A stretch of 64,000 bases of DNA from Jejuia sp. (GCA_049889775.1 JBMHCT010000021.1:39024-103023); one strand, 5' to 3'. Positions 45,036 to 54,654 are shown, counted from the stretch's first letter. The notes: generated from the letters alone by a model not told the origin. Translations and numbers: made by a program.

Positions 45036-46688
45036 TTATTTGTATGTTTCAACTATTGCTTTTATTCTCGGAAACTCCTCATCTGTGTCTCCAACTTCTT
45101 CTCTAATTCTGAAAAGTTCAGTTTTCAGTTCACTTATAATATCTGAATATTTAGGGTTTTCGAATTGATTTACCATTTCATTAGGGTCTTTTTCTAAATC
45201 GTAAAATTCCCATGCTGCAGGTGTATCATGCCAATAACGGTTGCCATTTTTATCTTCAACTATTTGATTGTTATGAATGTTAGTATAATCAGCACCATAA
45301 AAGAAAATAAGCTTGTATTTTTTTGTTCTGATGCCAAAATGTGCTGGATTATTATGTTTGTGCGCCATGTGCATCCAATATCTGTAATAGGTTGCTTTAC
45401 GCCAATCTTTAGGTTCCCTTTCGCCTTTTAAGGCATCCACAAAACTTTCTCCCTGCATGTACTCTGGCTTTTCTATTCCTGCCAACCCAAGCAATGTAGG
45501 GGCATAATCTGTATTGTTAATCAACCAATTGTTTCGTGTACCAGAATTTATCATTTTTGGATAATGAACAATTAATGGCATTTTAATAGATTCCTCATAC
45601 ATCCAACGTTTATCAATAAAATCATGTTCACCAAGAAACATCCCTTGGTCACTGGTATATACAATGATGGTATTTTCCATTAAATTATTTTGTTCTAAAT
45701 AATTTAAAATGCGTTGTAAGTTATCATCAATTCCTTTTACACACCTTAAATATTCCTTTAAATACAATTGATACACTTGATGTGTGATTTCCTTATCTGA
45801 TAATCCTTCTGTGTTTATTTTCTTTTTTCTTTTGTAGATTTGACTTAAACTTCGTTTTTTACCTGAATTTGGAGAAATAGTGGAACCTATTTCATCTATA
45901 AGTGTATCATCTTTACCTCTCGTAGCTATAGAACCAAAATGTTTTTCGGGTTGACGATATAGGTTTTGTGGTTCTGGTATCTCAACATCTTTTAAATAAT
46001 CTTTATATCTATCTGCATAAACAAACATATCGTGTGGCGCCTTAAAATGATGCATCAAAAAAAACGGTTTCGTTTTTTCTCGCTTATTTTCTAACCAATC
46101 TAAAGATATATCCGTCAACACATCAGAAGAATGTCCTTTTGTATCAATTACTTCAATTTCCTTTTCTAAAGTACTATCAAAACGCACATTTCGTTTTTCC
46201 CCTTCTTCGCTAACATGAATTACGGGGTTTATGTAGCTGCCTTGTCCAGCGATAACCGCAAAATAATCGGCATATTTAGGCGAATAACGTAAATGCCATT
46301 TCCCAACAACAGCTGTAGTATAGCCAGATTGCTGTATTTCCTGAAGTAAATAATGTTTTTCACCTGGTAATCCCGTATACAAATCGTACGCCTTATTAAC
46401 GTGCGAATATTGTCCTGTCATTATTGTAGCACGACTGGGGGTACAAATGGAATTAGTGCAAAATACATTATCAAAAACCATCGCTTTTTTGGCTAGTTTA
46501 TCTAGGTTTGGTGTAGGATTAAGTGTAGCTAATCTTCCACCATAAACTCCAATAGCACGATCGCAATGGTCATCTGCCATGATATATATGATATTTGGCC
46601 TTTCTTGACTATTCGTATTTAAAACGGTTAATAGAGAGGTGAAAATCAAAGCTAATTTCCAATATGTCTTGAAGCTTATTATTGCCAT
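45036..46688 (-). CDS. Cys-type (S1) sulfatase 1
   Basis: PNIIYIMADDH, CTPSRATIMTG, GKWH, YTSDQG, KRWMYEES. Confidence 0.93.
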   Translation of the reverse strand: MAIISFKTYWKLALIFTSLLTVLNTNSQERPNIIYIMADDHCDRAIGVYGGRLATLNPTPNLDKLAKKAMVFDNVFCTNSICTPSRATIMTGQYSHVNKAYDLYTGLPGEKHYLLQEIQQSGYTTAVVGKWHLRYSPKYADYFAVIAGQGSYINPVIHVSEEGEKRNVRFDSTLEKEIEVIDTKGHSSDVLTDISLDWLENKREKTKPFFLMHHFKAPHDMFVYADRYKDYLKDVEIPEPQNLYRQPEKHFGSIATRGKDDTLIDEIGSTISPNSGKKRSLSQIYKRKKKINTEGLSDKEITHQVYQLYLKEYLRCVKGIDDNLQRILNYLEQNNLMENTIIVYTSDQGMFLGEHDFIDKRWMYEESIKMPLIVHYPKMINSGTRNNWLINNTDYAPTLLGLAGIEKPEYMQGESFVDALKGEREPKDWRKATYYRYWMHMAHKHNNPAHFGIRTKKYKLIFFYGADYTNIHNNQIVEDKNGNRYWHDTPAAWEFYDLEKDPNEMVNQFENPKYSDIISELKTELFRIREEVGDTDEEFPRIKAIVETYK

Positions 46689-48139
46689 TTTGTAGTATTC
46701 AAAAGTTCAGTAAGCCTTTCAATCTTATCCGACTCTTCTACAAGAAGATTTTTTTCTTCGAAAGGATCCTCCTCCAAATTAAATAATGCAGTTGGAGCAT
46801 TTCTTTTAAAAATAAGCTTCCATTCCTTATCACGAATGGCAAACTGCCCTGTTGAAGACTGCATTACTAAAGATTGACGCACCGTCTTTTGTTCTAAAAG
46901 CGTTGGTAAAATATTACAACTATCTTCTCCTCCTTTGGTTTCTGGTTCAATTTGTAACAATTCAGAAAACGTGTTGTAAAAATCTAACAAACACACCAAA
47001 TTATCATTCTTCTGGCCTCCTTGAATTCGGGATGGCCACCTTACTATTAATGGCACACGATGTCCACCTTCAAAAGTTCCGCCTTTAAACCCTCTTAGGT
47101 TTCCGCAACTTTTATGTTCATAGGTTTTGCCATCGTCACTGGTTTTTGTTGCTCCATTGTCACTAGTTACGATTAGTATTGTATTTTCATCAATATTAAG
47201 ATGATCTAAAGTCTTCATAATTTGCCCCACGGTCCAGTCAAACTCGGCAACCATATCACCACGCTCACCAGCTTCACTTTTTCCTTTTATAAAATCTGGT
47301 GGTGTGCATGGTCTATGTGGTGAAACCGTTGGAAGATATAAAAAGAAAGGCTGTTCAGGATTTTTCGCTACAGAATTTTCAATAAAATTAATAGCTTTTG
47401 TAGTTAAATCTGGTCCCACTTTTCTAGAATCCCAATCTTTTATCATCCAACCCTCGTGTACCTCAACAGCAGAAACATCTGGATGAAGTGTATCTTTTGC
47501 TTTTCGCCAAATATTTGGAATACCCACCGTATAATCGTTTTCTATATAACAGAAAGGCTCCATGTTATGGCCTGCGGCCGAAAGAAAAGCATAATCAAAA
47601 CCCAAATAGTTAGGCCCATTATGAATTGCTGTATTAAAATCTACATCTCTTGTTCCTTTGGCTCCTTTTTCATGATGTGTTTTAGGTTTTACAAAATCAA
47701 TATCTATTTTTCGTGAGAAATTCATTCCCAAATGCCATTTGCCAACAACTCCAGTAGTATAACCTGCTTTTTGAAAAATATCAGCCAAAGTTGTTTCATC
47801 TTTATGAATTAAAGGATCATCATATCCAGACCACGACACCTTTTTCTTTAAACGACTTCTCCACGCATAACGCCCTGTAAGTAATGCATAACGAGAAGGC
47901 GTACAAACGGATGATGCTGTATGCGCATCTGTAAATAACATACCTTGTTCACTCAAAGCATCCATATTTGGCGTGGGAATTTTAGATTCTGGATTGTAAC
48001 ATTTTGGATCCCCATAACCCATATCGTCCGCCATAATAATAATGACATTGGACTGGCTGCTTTCAGTGTTTTGAGCATTAACCGATAGACTCAAAGTAAA
48101 AACTAAAGCATTAACACCCCAAAAAAAACTATATTTCAT
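46679..48139 (-). CDS. Cys-type (S1) arylsulfatase-like sulfatase 2
   Basis: NVIIIMADDMG, CTPSRYALLTG, GKWHLG, TSDNG, GGHRVP. Confidence 0.93.
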   Translation of the reverse strand: MKYSFFWGVNALVFTLSLSVNAQNTESSQSNVIIIMADDMGYGDPKCYNPESKIPTPNMDALSEQGMLFTDAHTASSVCTPSRYALLTGRYAWRSRLKKKVSWSGYDDPLIHKDETTLADIFQKAGYTTGVVGKWHLGMNFSRKIDIDFVKPKTHHEKGAKGTRDVDFNTAIHNGPNYLGFDYAFLSAAGHNMEPFCYIENDYTVGIPNIWRKAKDTLHPDVSAVEVHEGWMIKDWDSRKVGPDLTTKAINFIENSVAKNPEQPFFLYLPTVSPHRPCTPPDFIKGKSEAGERGDMVAEFDWTVGQIMKTLDHLNIDENTILIVTSDNGATKTSDDGKTYEHKSCGNLRGFKGGTFEGGHRVPLIVRWPSRIQGGQKNDNLVCLLDFYNTFSELLQIEPETKGGEDSCNILPTLLEQKTVRQSLVMQSSTGQFAIRDKEWKLIFKRNAPTALFNLEEDPFEEKNLLVEESDKIERLTELLNTTKWQ

Positions 48140-48140
48140 T

Positions 48141-49703
48141 TTACTCGTTTTTAAGCTTTTTTAATTGCAAATCCCGTTCTTTATTTGCCTTATTATATGT
48201 TGATTTTAAATTACTAGAATTTACATTTTCCACCTGATAATTTGGATTTATAATTGGTAATTCTGCCTGCATCTTATTAAGCTCCAGGTCAAGTTTTAAT
48301 GCCAAATTCTCAATTAATTTTGGTTTTTTATTTGACAAATCGTTTTGCTCATAAGGATCATTCTTTAAATTAAATAGTAAATATTTACCAGCTTCATCAT
48401 TATAAAAGTGAATCAGTTTATAATCGTCTTCAATAATTGATGAATATGGACTTGTACTGCCTGTGTAATGCGGAAAATGAAACACCAAACACCTTTGAGC
48501 ATGGTTTGGTTTTTTGTTTAAAATATTTAGAAAACTTTCACCGTCACTATGTTGTTCTGGGATTAATTCCACACCTGCAATTTCCAAAAAAGTAGGATAA
48601 AAATCCATTCCAACAATACGCTGATTTGCTATTTGATTTGGAGCTACAACCTTAGGCCATTTCACTATTAATGGAACACGCATTGCGGCTTCAAATGCAT
48701 AGCTTTTACCACCTAGTAATGGATAATTTGATGTATTTCGATTCAAGCCTCCGTTATCCGATGTAAAAACAACTATTGTGTTTTCATCCAACCCTAATTG
48801 TTTCAACTTTTCGTTTAATCTCCCAATACTTTCATCAACCGACGCCAACATTGCTGCATATTCGGGATTATCCTGGTCTGTTGTTGTTTTATTTTTGAAA
48901 TGGCCAACTAATTCTGGTTTTGCCTGAATTGGATTATGCACCAAATAGTGTGACAGTACCGCTAAAAATGGTTTATCATTATTTCGTTCAATAAAACTGA
49001 TACATTTATTGGTTAATACATCTGCAATATATTGATCATCTTCTATATGCTGTAAACCAACACCATAAGACTTGAATGTTTTGCCCCAGTGGCCAGAAAC
49101 TGCTGTTGGTACGTGTTTATTTCTATAGCCTATTGCAACATCAAAACCTCTATTTTCAGGGATGTAATCTGGATGGATACCACAATGCCACTTCCCAAAA
49201 AACCCGGTGGCATATCCATTATCTTTTAAAACATGAGCGAAAAACACTTCGTTTTTTGGAATATTGTGTCTGTGCAATGCTTCATAATATTGATTATTGT
49301 TGCCTCCATCTCGTTTTTTACTAACCTCATATAATCTATCGTCTGGAGCAGCTTTCCCATTAAAAACAGTTGTGAATTTTGTTCTAGCAGGGTTTTTTCC
49401 AGTAAAAATTGCACCGCGTGAAGGTGCGCATACGGGAGCTGCAGAATAAGCTTTTGTAAAACGCATGCCTTCATTTGCCATTTTATCGATATTTGGCGTT
49501 TCGTAATAAGCGCTTCCTGAACAACTCATATCCTTCCAACCCATGTCATCAATAATAACCAAAACAATATTGGGTTTATCTTGAGCATAAACTACCAAGG
49601 TGCACAAGATTAAGAACAAACGCATACACAAATCCGTAAGTCTTTTTAGCATCCTTTTATTGAAAAAGTGAGAATTATATTTAGTTTGGTTCTTTATAAT
49701 CAT
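48141..49703 (-). CDS. Cys-type (S1) sulfatase 3
   Basis: PNIVLVIIDDMG, CAPSRGAIFTG, GKWH, TSDNGG. The real start is probably downstream of the track start. Confidence 0.93.
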   Translation of the reverse strand: MIIKNQTKYNSHFFNKRMLKRLTDLCMRLFLILCTLVVYAQDKPNIVLVIIDDMGWKDMSCSGSAYYETPNIDKMANEGMRFTKAYSAAPVCAPSRGAIFTGKNPARTKFTTVFNGKAAPDDRLYEVSKKRDGGNNNQYYEALHRHNIPKNEVFFAHVLKDNGYATGFFGKWHCGIHPDYIPENRGFDVAIGYRNKHVPTAVSGHWGKTFKSYGVGLQHIEDDQYIADVLTNKCISFIERNNDKPFLAVLSHYLVHNPIQAKPELVGHFKNKTTTDQDNPEYAAMLASVDESIGRLNEKLKQLGLDENTIVVFTSDNGGLNRNTSNYPLLGGKSYAFEAAMRVPLIVKWPKVVAPNQIANQRIVGMDFYPTFLEIAGVELIPEQHSDGESFLNILNKKPNHAQRCLVFHFPHYTGSTSPYSSIIEDDYKLIHFYNDEAGKYLLFNLKNDPYEQNDLSNKKPKLIENLALKLDLELNKMQAELPIINPNYQVENVNSSNLKSTYNKANKERDLQLKKLKNE

Positions 49704-51123
49704 TTCCTTTTTTACTGTTCTCCACAGAATTGAGCCACTCAGAAAGTTCTTGTTTCATCTTTTTAGCAATTTCGGGAAGTTCTTTTATAATGTTTTGCTT
49801 TTCAGACGCATCATTAATTAGATCGTACAGCTCAAAGTCTTTTCCATTGTTAATACTAATCAATTTATATTGATTATCAGCCCAAGATTGTTGTCCTCTA
49901 AATATAAAACCAATTGGCTTGGTTCGTTCTATATCCTGTCCTTTTAGCGCAGGTAATATGCTCATACCATCTATAGGGCGATTATCAGGGAAATCTAATT
50001 GTAGAATATCAAGTATTGTTGGCAAGTAATCGCTTGTAACAGTAGGTTTATCTATTCGTTTTCCTGCTGCAAAATGATTGTTCGATACCGCAAATGCAGG
50101 AACTCTTAAACCACCCTCATACAAACTTCTTTTTCGGCCTTTAAAAATACCTGCACTACCTGGTGTTTTGTTTTCTGGACCATTATCACTACAATACATC
50201 AAAATAGTATTATCTGCTATTCCTCGAGCTTCTAGCGTTTTCCAAAGTCTGCCAATTTGTTCATCCATCGCGGTAATTGCTCCATAATATAATTGTTTTT
50301 CTAAATCCAAATCTTTGTAATAACTACGGTGAATAGTATCGGTAACTACAGGCAAATGCGGACTATGAAACCATATCGTTGTAAAAAATGGTTTGTTTTC
50401 TTTGTTAGTGTTTTCAATAAATGGGAGTAAGCGATCCATTATAATTTTGGAATCGTCACCATCTAGATTCTTCGTAATCTTTTCATTTTCTCCGACCCAA
50501 TACGCTGTTCCATAAGGCTTAGTTGCACTGCTATCTTTAACAGCTTTCCACCCAAACCGTTTACTTTCGCCTTCTCCAAACTCGGCAGGAAACACCATAG
50601 GATCATATGTTGGCACTTTAGATTCTGTACTAAAAAACACATCATACCCATGCTCTGTAGGTAAATTAAAATCTGAAATAAACTTTTCTTTTCCGCCTCT
50701 ATTGGCATCAGGTTCGGTTTTAGACAGCGTACCTAAATGCCATTTCCCAAAATGCCCTGTGGCATAACCTTGTGCCTTTAAAAGTTCAGGAATTGTTATT
50801 TCTCCTTTTTTTAGATGCCCAACATTAGCACTTGGAATATTTGTCCGCAAAGGATGTCGTCCTGTAAGTACACTTGCCCTAGTTGGCGAGCACACCGCAG
50901 ATGCTGAATAAAAACGATCTAGAATCACGCCTTTAGAAGCTAAGAAATCCATATTAGGTGTCTGAACCACAGAATTACCATTGAAACCAGTATCATACCA
51001 ACCATGATCGTCGGACATGATTAAAATGATATTGGGTTTCTCTTGCTCTCTTTCATTTTTATTTGACATACAAGTGTATTGTAAACAAATAAAAAGGCTT
51101 ACCATGACTTTGGTGAAATTCAT
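49681..51123 (-). CDS. Cys-type (S1) sulfatase 4
   Basis: PNIILIMSDDHG, CSPTRASVLTG, GKWHLG, SDNGP, LYEGGLRVP. Confidence 0.93.
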   Translation of the reverse strand: MNFTKVMVSLFICLQYTCMSNKNEREQEKPNIILIMSDDHGWYDTGFNGNSVVQTPNMDFLASKGVILDRFYSASAVCSPTRASVLTGRHPLRTNIPSANVGHLKKGEITIPELLKAQGYATGHFGKWHLGTLSKTEPDANRGGKEKFISDFNLPTEHGYDVFFSTESKVPTYDPMVFPAEFGEGESKRFGWKAVKDSSATKPYGTAYWVGENEKITKNLDGDDSKIIMDRLLPFIENTNKENKPFFTTIWFHSPHLPVVTDTIHRSYYKDLDLEKQLYYGAITAMDEQIGRLWKTLEARGIADNTILMYCSDNGPENKTPGSAGIFKGRKRSLYEGGLRVPAFAVSNNHFAAGKRIDKPTVTSDYLPTILDILQLDFPDNRPIDGMSILPALKGQDIERTKPIGFIFRGQQSWADNQYKLISINNGKDFELYDLINDASEKQNIIKELPEIAKKMKQELSEWLNSVENSKKGNDYKEPN

Positions 51124-51313
51124 GCTTTAGTTTTAGTTCGGCTTATTGAAAAAGCTATTTAGTTAGCGCTTACAAGTTAAGAAATATGGAGTATGCATAT
51201 TGCTTATATATTGGCAATATAACATCAAAAAAGCATAACAAATCGTTTATAATTTTAGAAACCCCATTGTACTTAAAACAAGGTTATGTGTTCAATCCAG
51301 ATTTACGTTTTGT

Positions 51314-51394
51314 TTGACTTTGTAAAATTTTTCTTCTACCTTCGTTTACCAGCGGATATAAGCCATTATTCAACGGCGCATATCCGAAATCACG
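51314..51394 (+). mobile_element. Cassette platform, left arm A2
   Basis: 79/81 bp identical to 41729-41809. Confidence 0.75.
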
Positions 51395-51627
51395 ATGGTA
51401 TGTAATTAACTGCGGCACGTGGAACCCGCGTTTTGCAAACGCTCCCATTCCACTAATTACATACCATCGTCCACTGTTTGTTGCACCCCTAGCCAATTAT
51501 TAGTACTTTTAATCGAGTCCACGTGAACTCCACAGTAACTAACTACACACATCAGCGTGTATAGCGAATGGGGCGCAACAATGGCTACCCAGTGGGGCGC
51601 GCCCCACTACGCCATACACAGTGGACG
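51395..51627 (+). mobile_element. ORF-less palindromic insert with attC-like structure
   Basis: 17-bp perfect inverted repeat 51392-51408/51454-51470; arms GTGTATAGCG and CGCCATACAC; CGTCCACTGT (51468-51477) is complementary to ACAGTGGACG (51618-51627). Confidence 0.6.
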
Positions 51628-51747
51628 GTGAAACGAACCTCAAAAATAGACTTAATACGTACATTGAAGGCCATAGCAAGCAAATACGCACGCGTTAAGG
51701 ATTGCAGAGGAAAGCCCACAGCGTAGCTAAAGCGGAGCGAGGACTTG
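51628..51747 (+). mobile_element. Cassette platform, right arm B2
   Basis: About 88% identical to 42831-42949. Confidence 0.75.
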
Positions 51748-51803
51748 TAACCCTTCGACTTCGCTCAGGATAAACTCCAAGCCCAACCCTTTAAGGGACG
51801 CCC
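51692..51803 (-). repeat. MITE-like element family A, copy 4, with nested REP (CCCTTCGACTTCGCTCAGGAT, 51751-51771)
   Basis: Degenerate termini GCGTTAAGGATTG and GGGACGCCC; extra hairpin relative to copy 3. Confidence 0.8.
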
Positions 51804-52032
51804 AATAAACGTATCAAAATCTCTAAGGTTAAGACTATTAATTCTTCAATATTCAATTCATTTTTTTGCTAAAACATTGAAGTTGCAAGGCTTGATATGG
51901 CAAATAGGTAATAGTTTTACATTGGTAACCTTTTTTTAACAATTAGGTTTATTTTTGCTAACATAGCCAAAAAGAGACAATAGCTCATTTTAATGGCGGT
52001 TGTTTACTTAATAACACCAACTTACAGAGAAT

Positions 52033-54654
52033 ATGATTCAAAAAGGTACAGAAGCACAACGGTTGGCAACTCCTAAAAGCAATGAAAACTGGAAAAAATG
52101 GGGGCCATATCTAGCAGATAGACAATGGGGAACAGTTCGTGAAGATTACAGTTTACATGGCGAATCTTGGGAATTTATAGATCATGAAAAAGCCCGTAGC
52201 AACGCCTTTAGATGGGGTGAAGAAGGGATTGCTGGTTTTACCGATATAAGAGAAATTTTATGTTTAGCACCTGCATTTTGGAACGGTAATGATACTATTT
52301 TAAAGGAGCGTTTATTTGGACTAACCAATAACCAGGGCAATCATGGTGAAGATGTTAAAGAATTATATTTTCATCAAGTATCGTCTCCCACACATTCTTA
52401 CAACAAATTTTTATATAAATACCCTCAAGCTGCCTTTCCATATGGCGAATTGGTGCACCGAAATCAAATTGGTAGAGAGCATTTTGAATATGAATTATTA
52501 GATACCGATGCCTTTAAAAACAATGCCTATTTTGATTGTTTTATAGAATATGCTAAAGCGGATGTTGACGATATTTTAATGAAGGTTACTATTGTAAATA
52601 GAGGTGATAAAATGGCTGATATTCATGTATTACCTCATTTATGGTTTAGAAATTTTTGGAAACACAACAAGCGCCATTCTCGTCCAAAAATAAAATCTAC
52701 ATCTACTTCTTCAGCTTTAACAAGTAGTAAGCGCAACGGCAATTATTATTTTTACAACGATGGCGGCACACAATTGTTTTGTGATAATGAAACCAATAAT
52801 AAACGCATTTACAATTTTAAAAACGACGTACCTTATGTAAAAGATGGAATTAACGAGCATGTTGTTAATAACCAACCTACTGTTAACCCTAAACAAACAG
52901 GATCTAAAATGGCTGTGTGGCATAAACTCTCACTTAAGTCTGGTGAAGAAAAAACGGTTCGCGTACGTCTTAGTAAATCCAAGTTAAAGAATCCTTGGGA
53001 GGATTTTGATACTATTTTCTATAATAGAATTAAGGAATGTGAGGAATTTTATAATGAGACTATTGATGCCAAAGTTCCTGAAGCGCATCAAGCAATAGCT
53101 AAAAATGCTTTTGCTGGTTTACTATGGACAAAGCAATTTTACTATAACGATGTGTTTAAATGGTTATTTGGTGGCCCAGGAGAAAGCAAACCACATAGAC
53201 ACAACATGCGTAATTATAGTTGGCAACATCTTACCAATAGAGATATTATTTCTATGCCAGATAAATGGGAATATCCGTGGTATGCTGCTTGGGATTTGGC
53301 ATTTCATATGGCATCTTTTGTTGAAATTGACCCTGATTTTGCAAAAGACCAAATGCTTTTAGTTCTTAAGGAAAATTACATGCACCCTAATGGACAAATT
53401 CCCGCTTACGAATGGAATTTTAGTGATGTAAATCCGCCTGTACACTCTTACTTTGTTTGGCATGTTTACAATCGCGATAAAACATATACTGGTAAAGGAG
53501 ACACTAAATTCTTAGAAACCGCATTCCAAAAGCTACTCATGAATTTTACTTGGTGGGTAAATCAAAAAGATAAAAATGGAACGGACCTCTTTGAAGGTGG
53601 CTTTTTAGGTTTGGATAACATTGGTGTTTTTGACCGTAACCACATGCCACCAGGTATTAAGCGCATGCAGCAAGCCGATGCCACAAGTTGGATGGCCATG
53701 TTTACATTGAATATGCTTCGCATGTCGTTAGAACTATCTAAAACCAATAGAATCTACGAAGAAGTAGCCGCAAAATTCTTTAGGCATTTCTTAAACATTG
53801 CCTGGGCAATGCATCATATTGGTAAAAAGGACATTTCGCTTTGGGATGATGAAGATAATTTCTATTACGATGTGGTGGAAATGGAATCTGGCGCAACTGA
53901 TAGGCTAAAAGTACGCTCTTTAGTTGGTGTAATACCTATGTTTGCTGTTGAAATAATGCACAAAGATTTATTCGAGGAACTAAAGGAGTTTAGAGTACGA
54001 GCGAACAAAATTATAGAAACACGCCCAGATTTGGCATCCTTAATCACCAAACTAGATAAAACCAATGAAGATGGTAACTATCTTTTTGCTATTATGCGTG
54101 GTTTTAGATTACAACATCTTCTCAAACGCTTATTGGATGAGGATGAATTTTTATCTGATTATGGTATTCGTTCTTTATCAAAATATCACGAAAAGCATCC
54201 TTTTGTTTTTCAACACCATGGTCATCATCAAATCCAGTATGAGTCAGGAGAAAGTCAGTCTAATATGTTTGGTGGTAATTCCAACTGGCGTGGTCCCATA
54301 TGGATTCCTATTAACTACATGATAATACAATCTTTACGAAAATATTATACTTTCTATGGAGACAGATATAAATATGAATTTCCAACAGGCTCTGGTAATA
54401 AACTTAACTTAAAACAAATAGCAAACGAGCTTACAAAACGTTTGGTAAAACTTTTTGAGGCAAATGAAGATGGAAAATTTCAGTACCATGCTGATAATGC
54501 AGATAAGCATTTTACCAAGGATGAGCATTTTAAAAATCTGCACTTATTTTATGAATTTTTTGATGGTGATAATGGAAAAGGTCTAGGCGCATCCCACCAG
54601 ACTGGGTGGACAGCTTTAATAGCCAATTTAATTATGGAAATGGATGAAGATTGA
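52033..54654 (+). CDS. GH63/MGH1-like glucosidase
   Basis: WGPYLADRQWGTVREDYS, MPDKWEYPWYAAWDLAFH, GGFLGLDNIG, FYEFFDGDNGKGLGASHQTGWT. Confidence 0.85.
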   Translation: MIQKGTEAQRLATPKSNENWKKWGPYLADRQWGTVREDYSLHGESWEFIDHEKARSNAFRWGEEGIAGFTDIREILCLAPAFWNGNDTILKERLFGLTNNQGNHGEDVKELYFHQVSSPTHSYNKFLYKYPQAAFPYGELVHRNQIGREHFEYELLDTDAFKNNAYFDCFIEYAKADVDDILMKVTIVNRGDKMADIHVLPHLWFRNFWKHNKRHSRPKIKSTSTSSALTSSKRNGNYYFYNDGGTQLFCDNETNNKRIYNFKNDVPYVKDGINEHVVNNQPTVNPKQTGSKMAVWHKLSLKSGEEKTVRVRLSKSKLKNPWEDFDTIFYNRIKECEEFYNETIDAKVPEAHQAIAKNAFAGLLWTKQFYYNDVFKWLFGGPGESKPHRHNMRNYSWQHLTNRDIISMPDKWEYPWYAAWDLAFHMASFVEIDPDFAKDQMLLVLKENYMHPNGQIPAYEWNFSDVNPPVHSYFVWHVYNRDKTYTGKGDTKFLETAFQKLLMNFTWWVNQKDKNGTDLFEGGFLGLDNIGVFDRNHMPPGIKRMQQADATSWMAMFTLNMLRMSLELSKTNRIYEEVAAKFFRHFLNIAWAMHHIGKKDISLWDDEDNFYYDVVEMESGATDRLKVRSLVGVIPMFAVEIMHKDLFEELKEFRVRANKIIETRPDLASLITKLDKTNEDGNYLFAIMRGFRLQHLLKRLLDEDEFLSDYGIRSLSKYHEKHPFVFQHHGHHQIQYESGESQSNMFGGNSNWRGPIWIPINYMIIQSLRKYYTFYGDRYKYEFPTGSGNKLNLKQIANELTKRLVKLFEANEDGKFQYHADNADKHFTKDEHFKNLHLFYEFFDGDNGKGLGASHQTGWTALIANLIMEMDED

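Noticed and set aside
51284-51496. 70-aa minus-strand ORF across platform copy 2
   Set aside because: It runs through palindromic non-coding repeats that are duplicated elsewhere without this frame, and shows no protein-like features.
41729-51803. Classical integron or composite IS transposon
   Set aside because: No IntI or transposase ORF, no terminal inverted repeats with target duplication, and no multi-cassette array in the window. Reported instead as an integrase-free platform.
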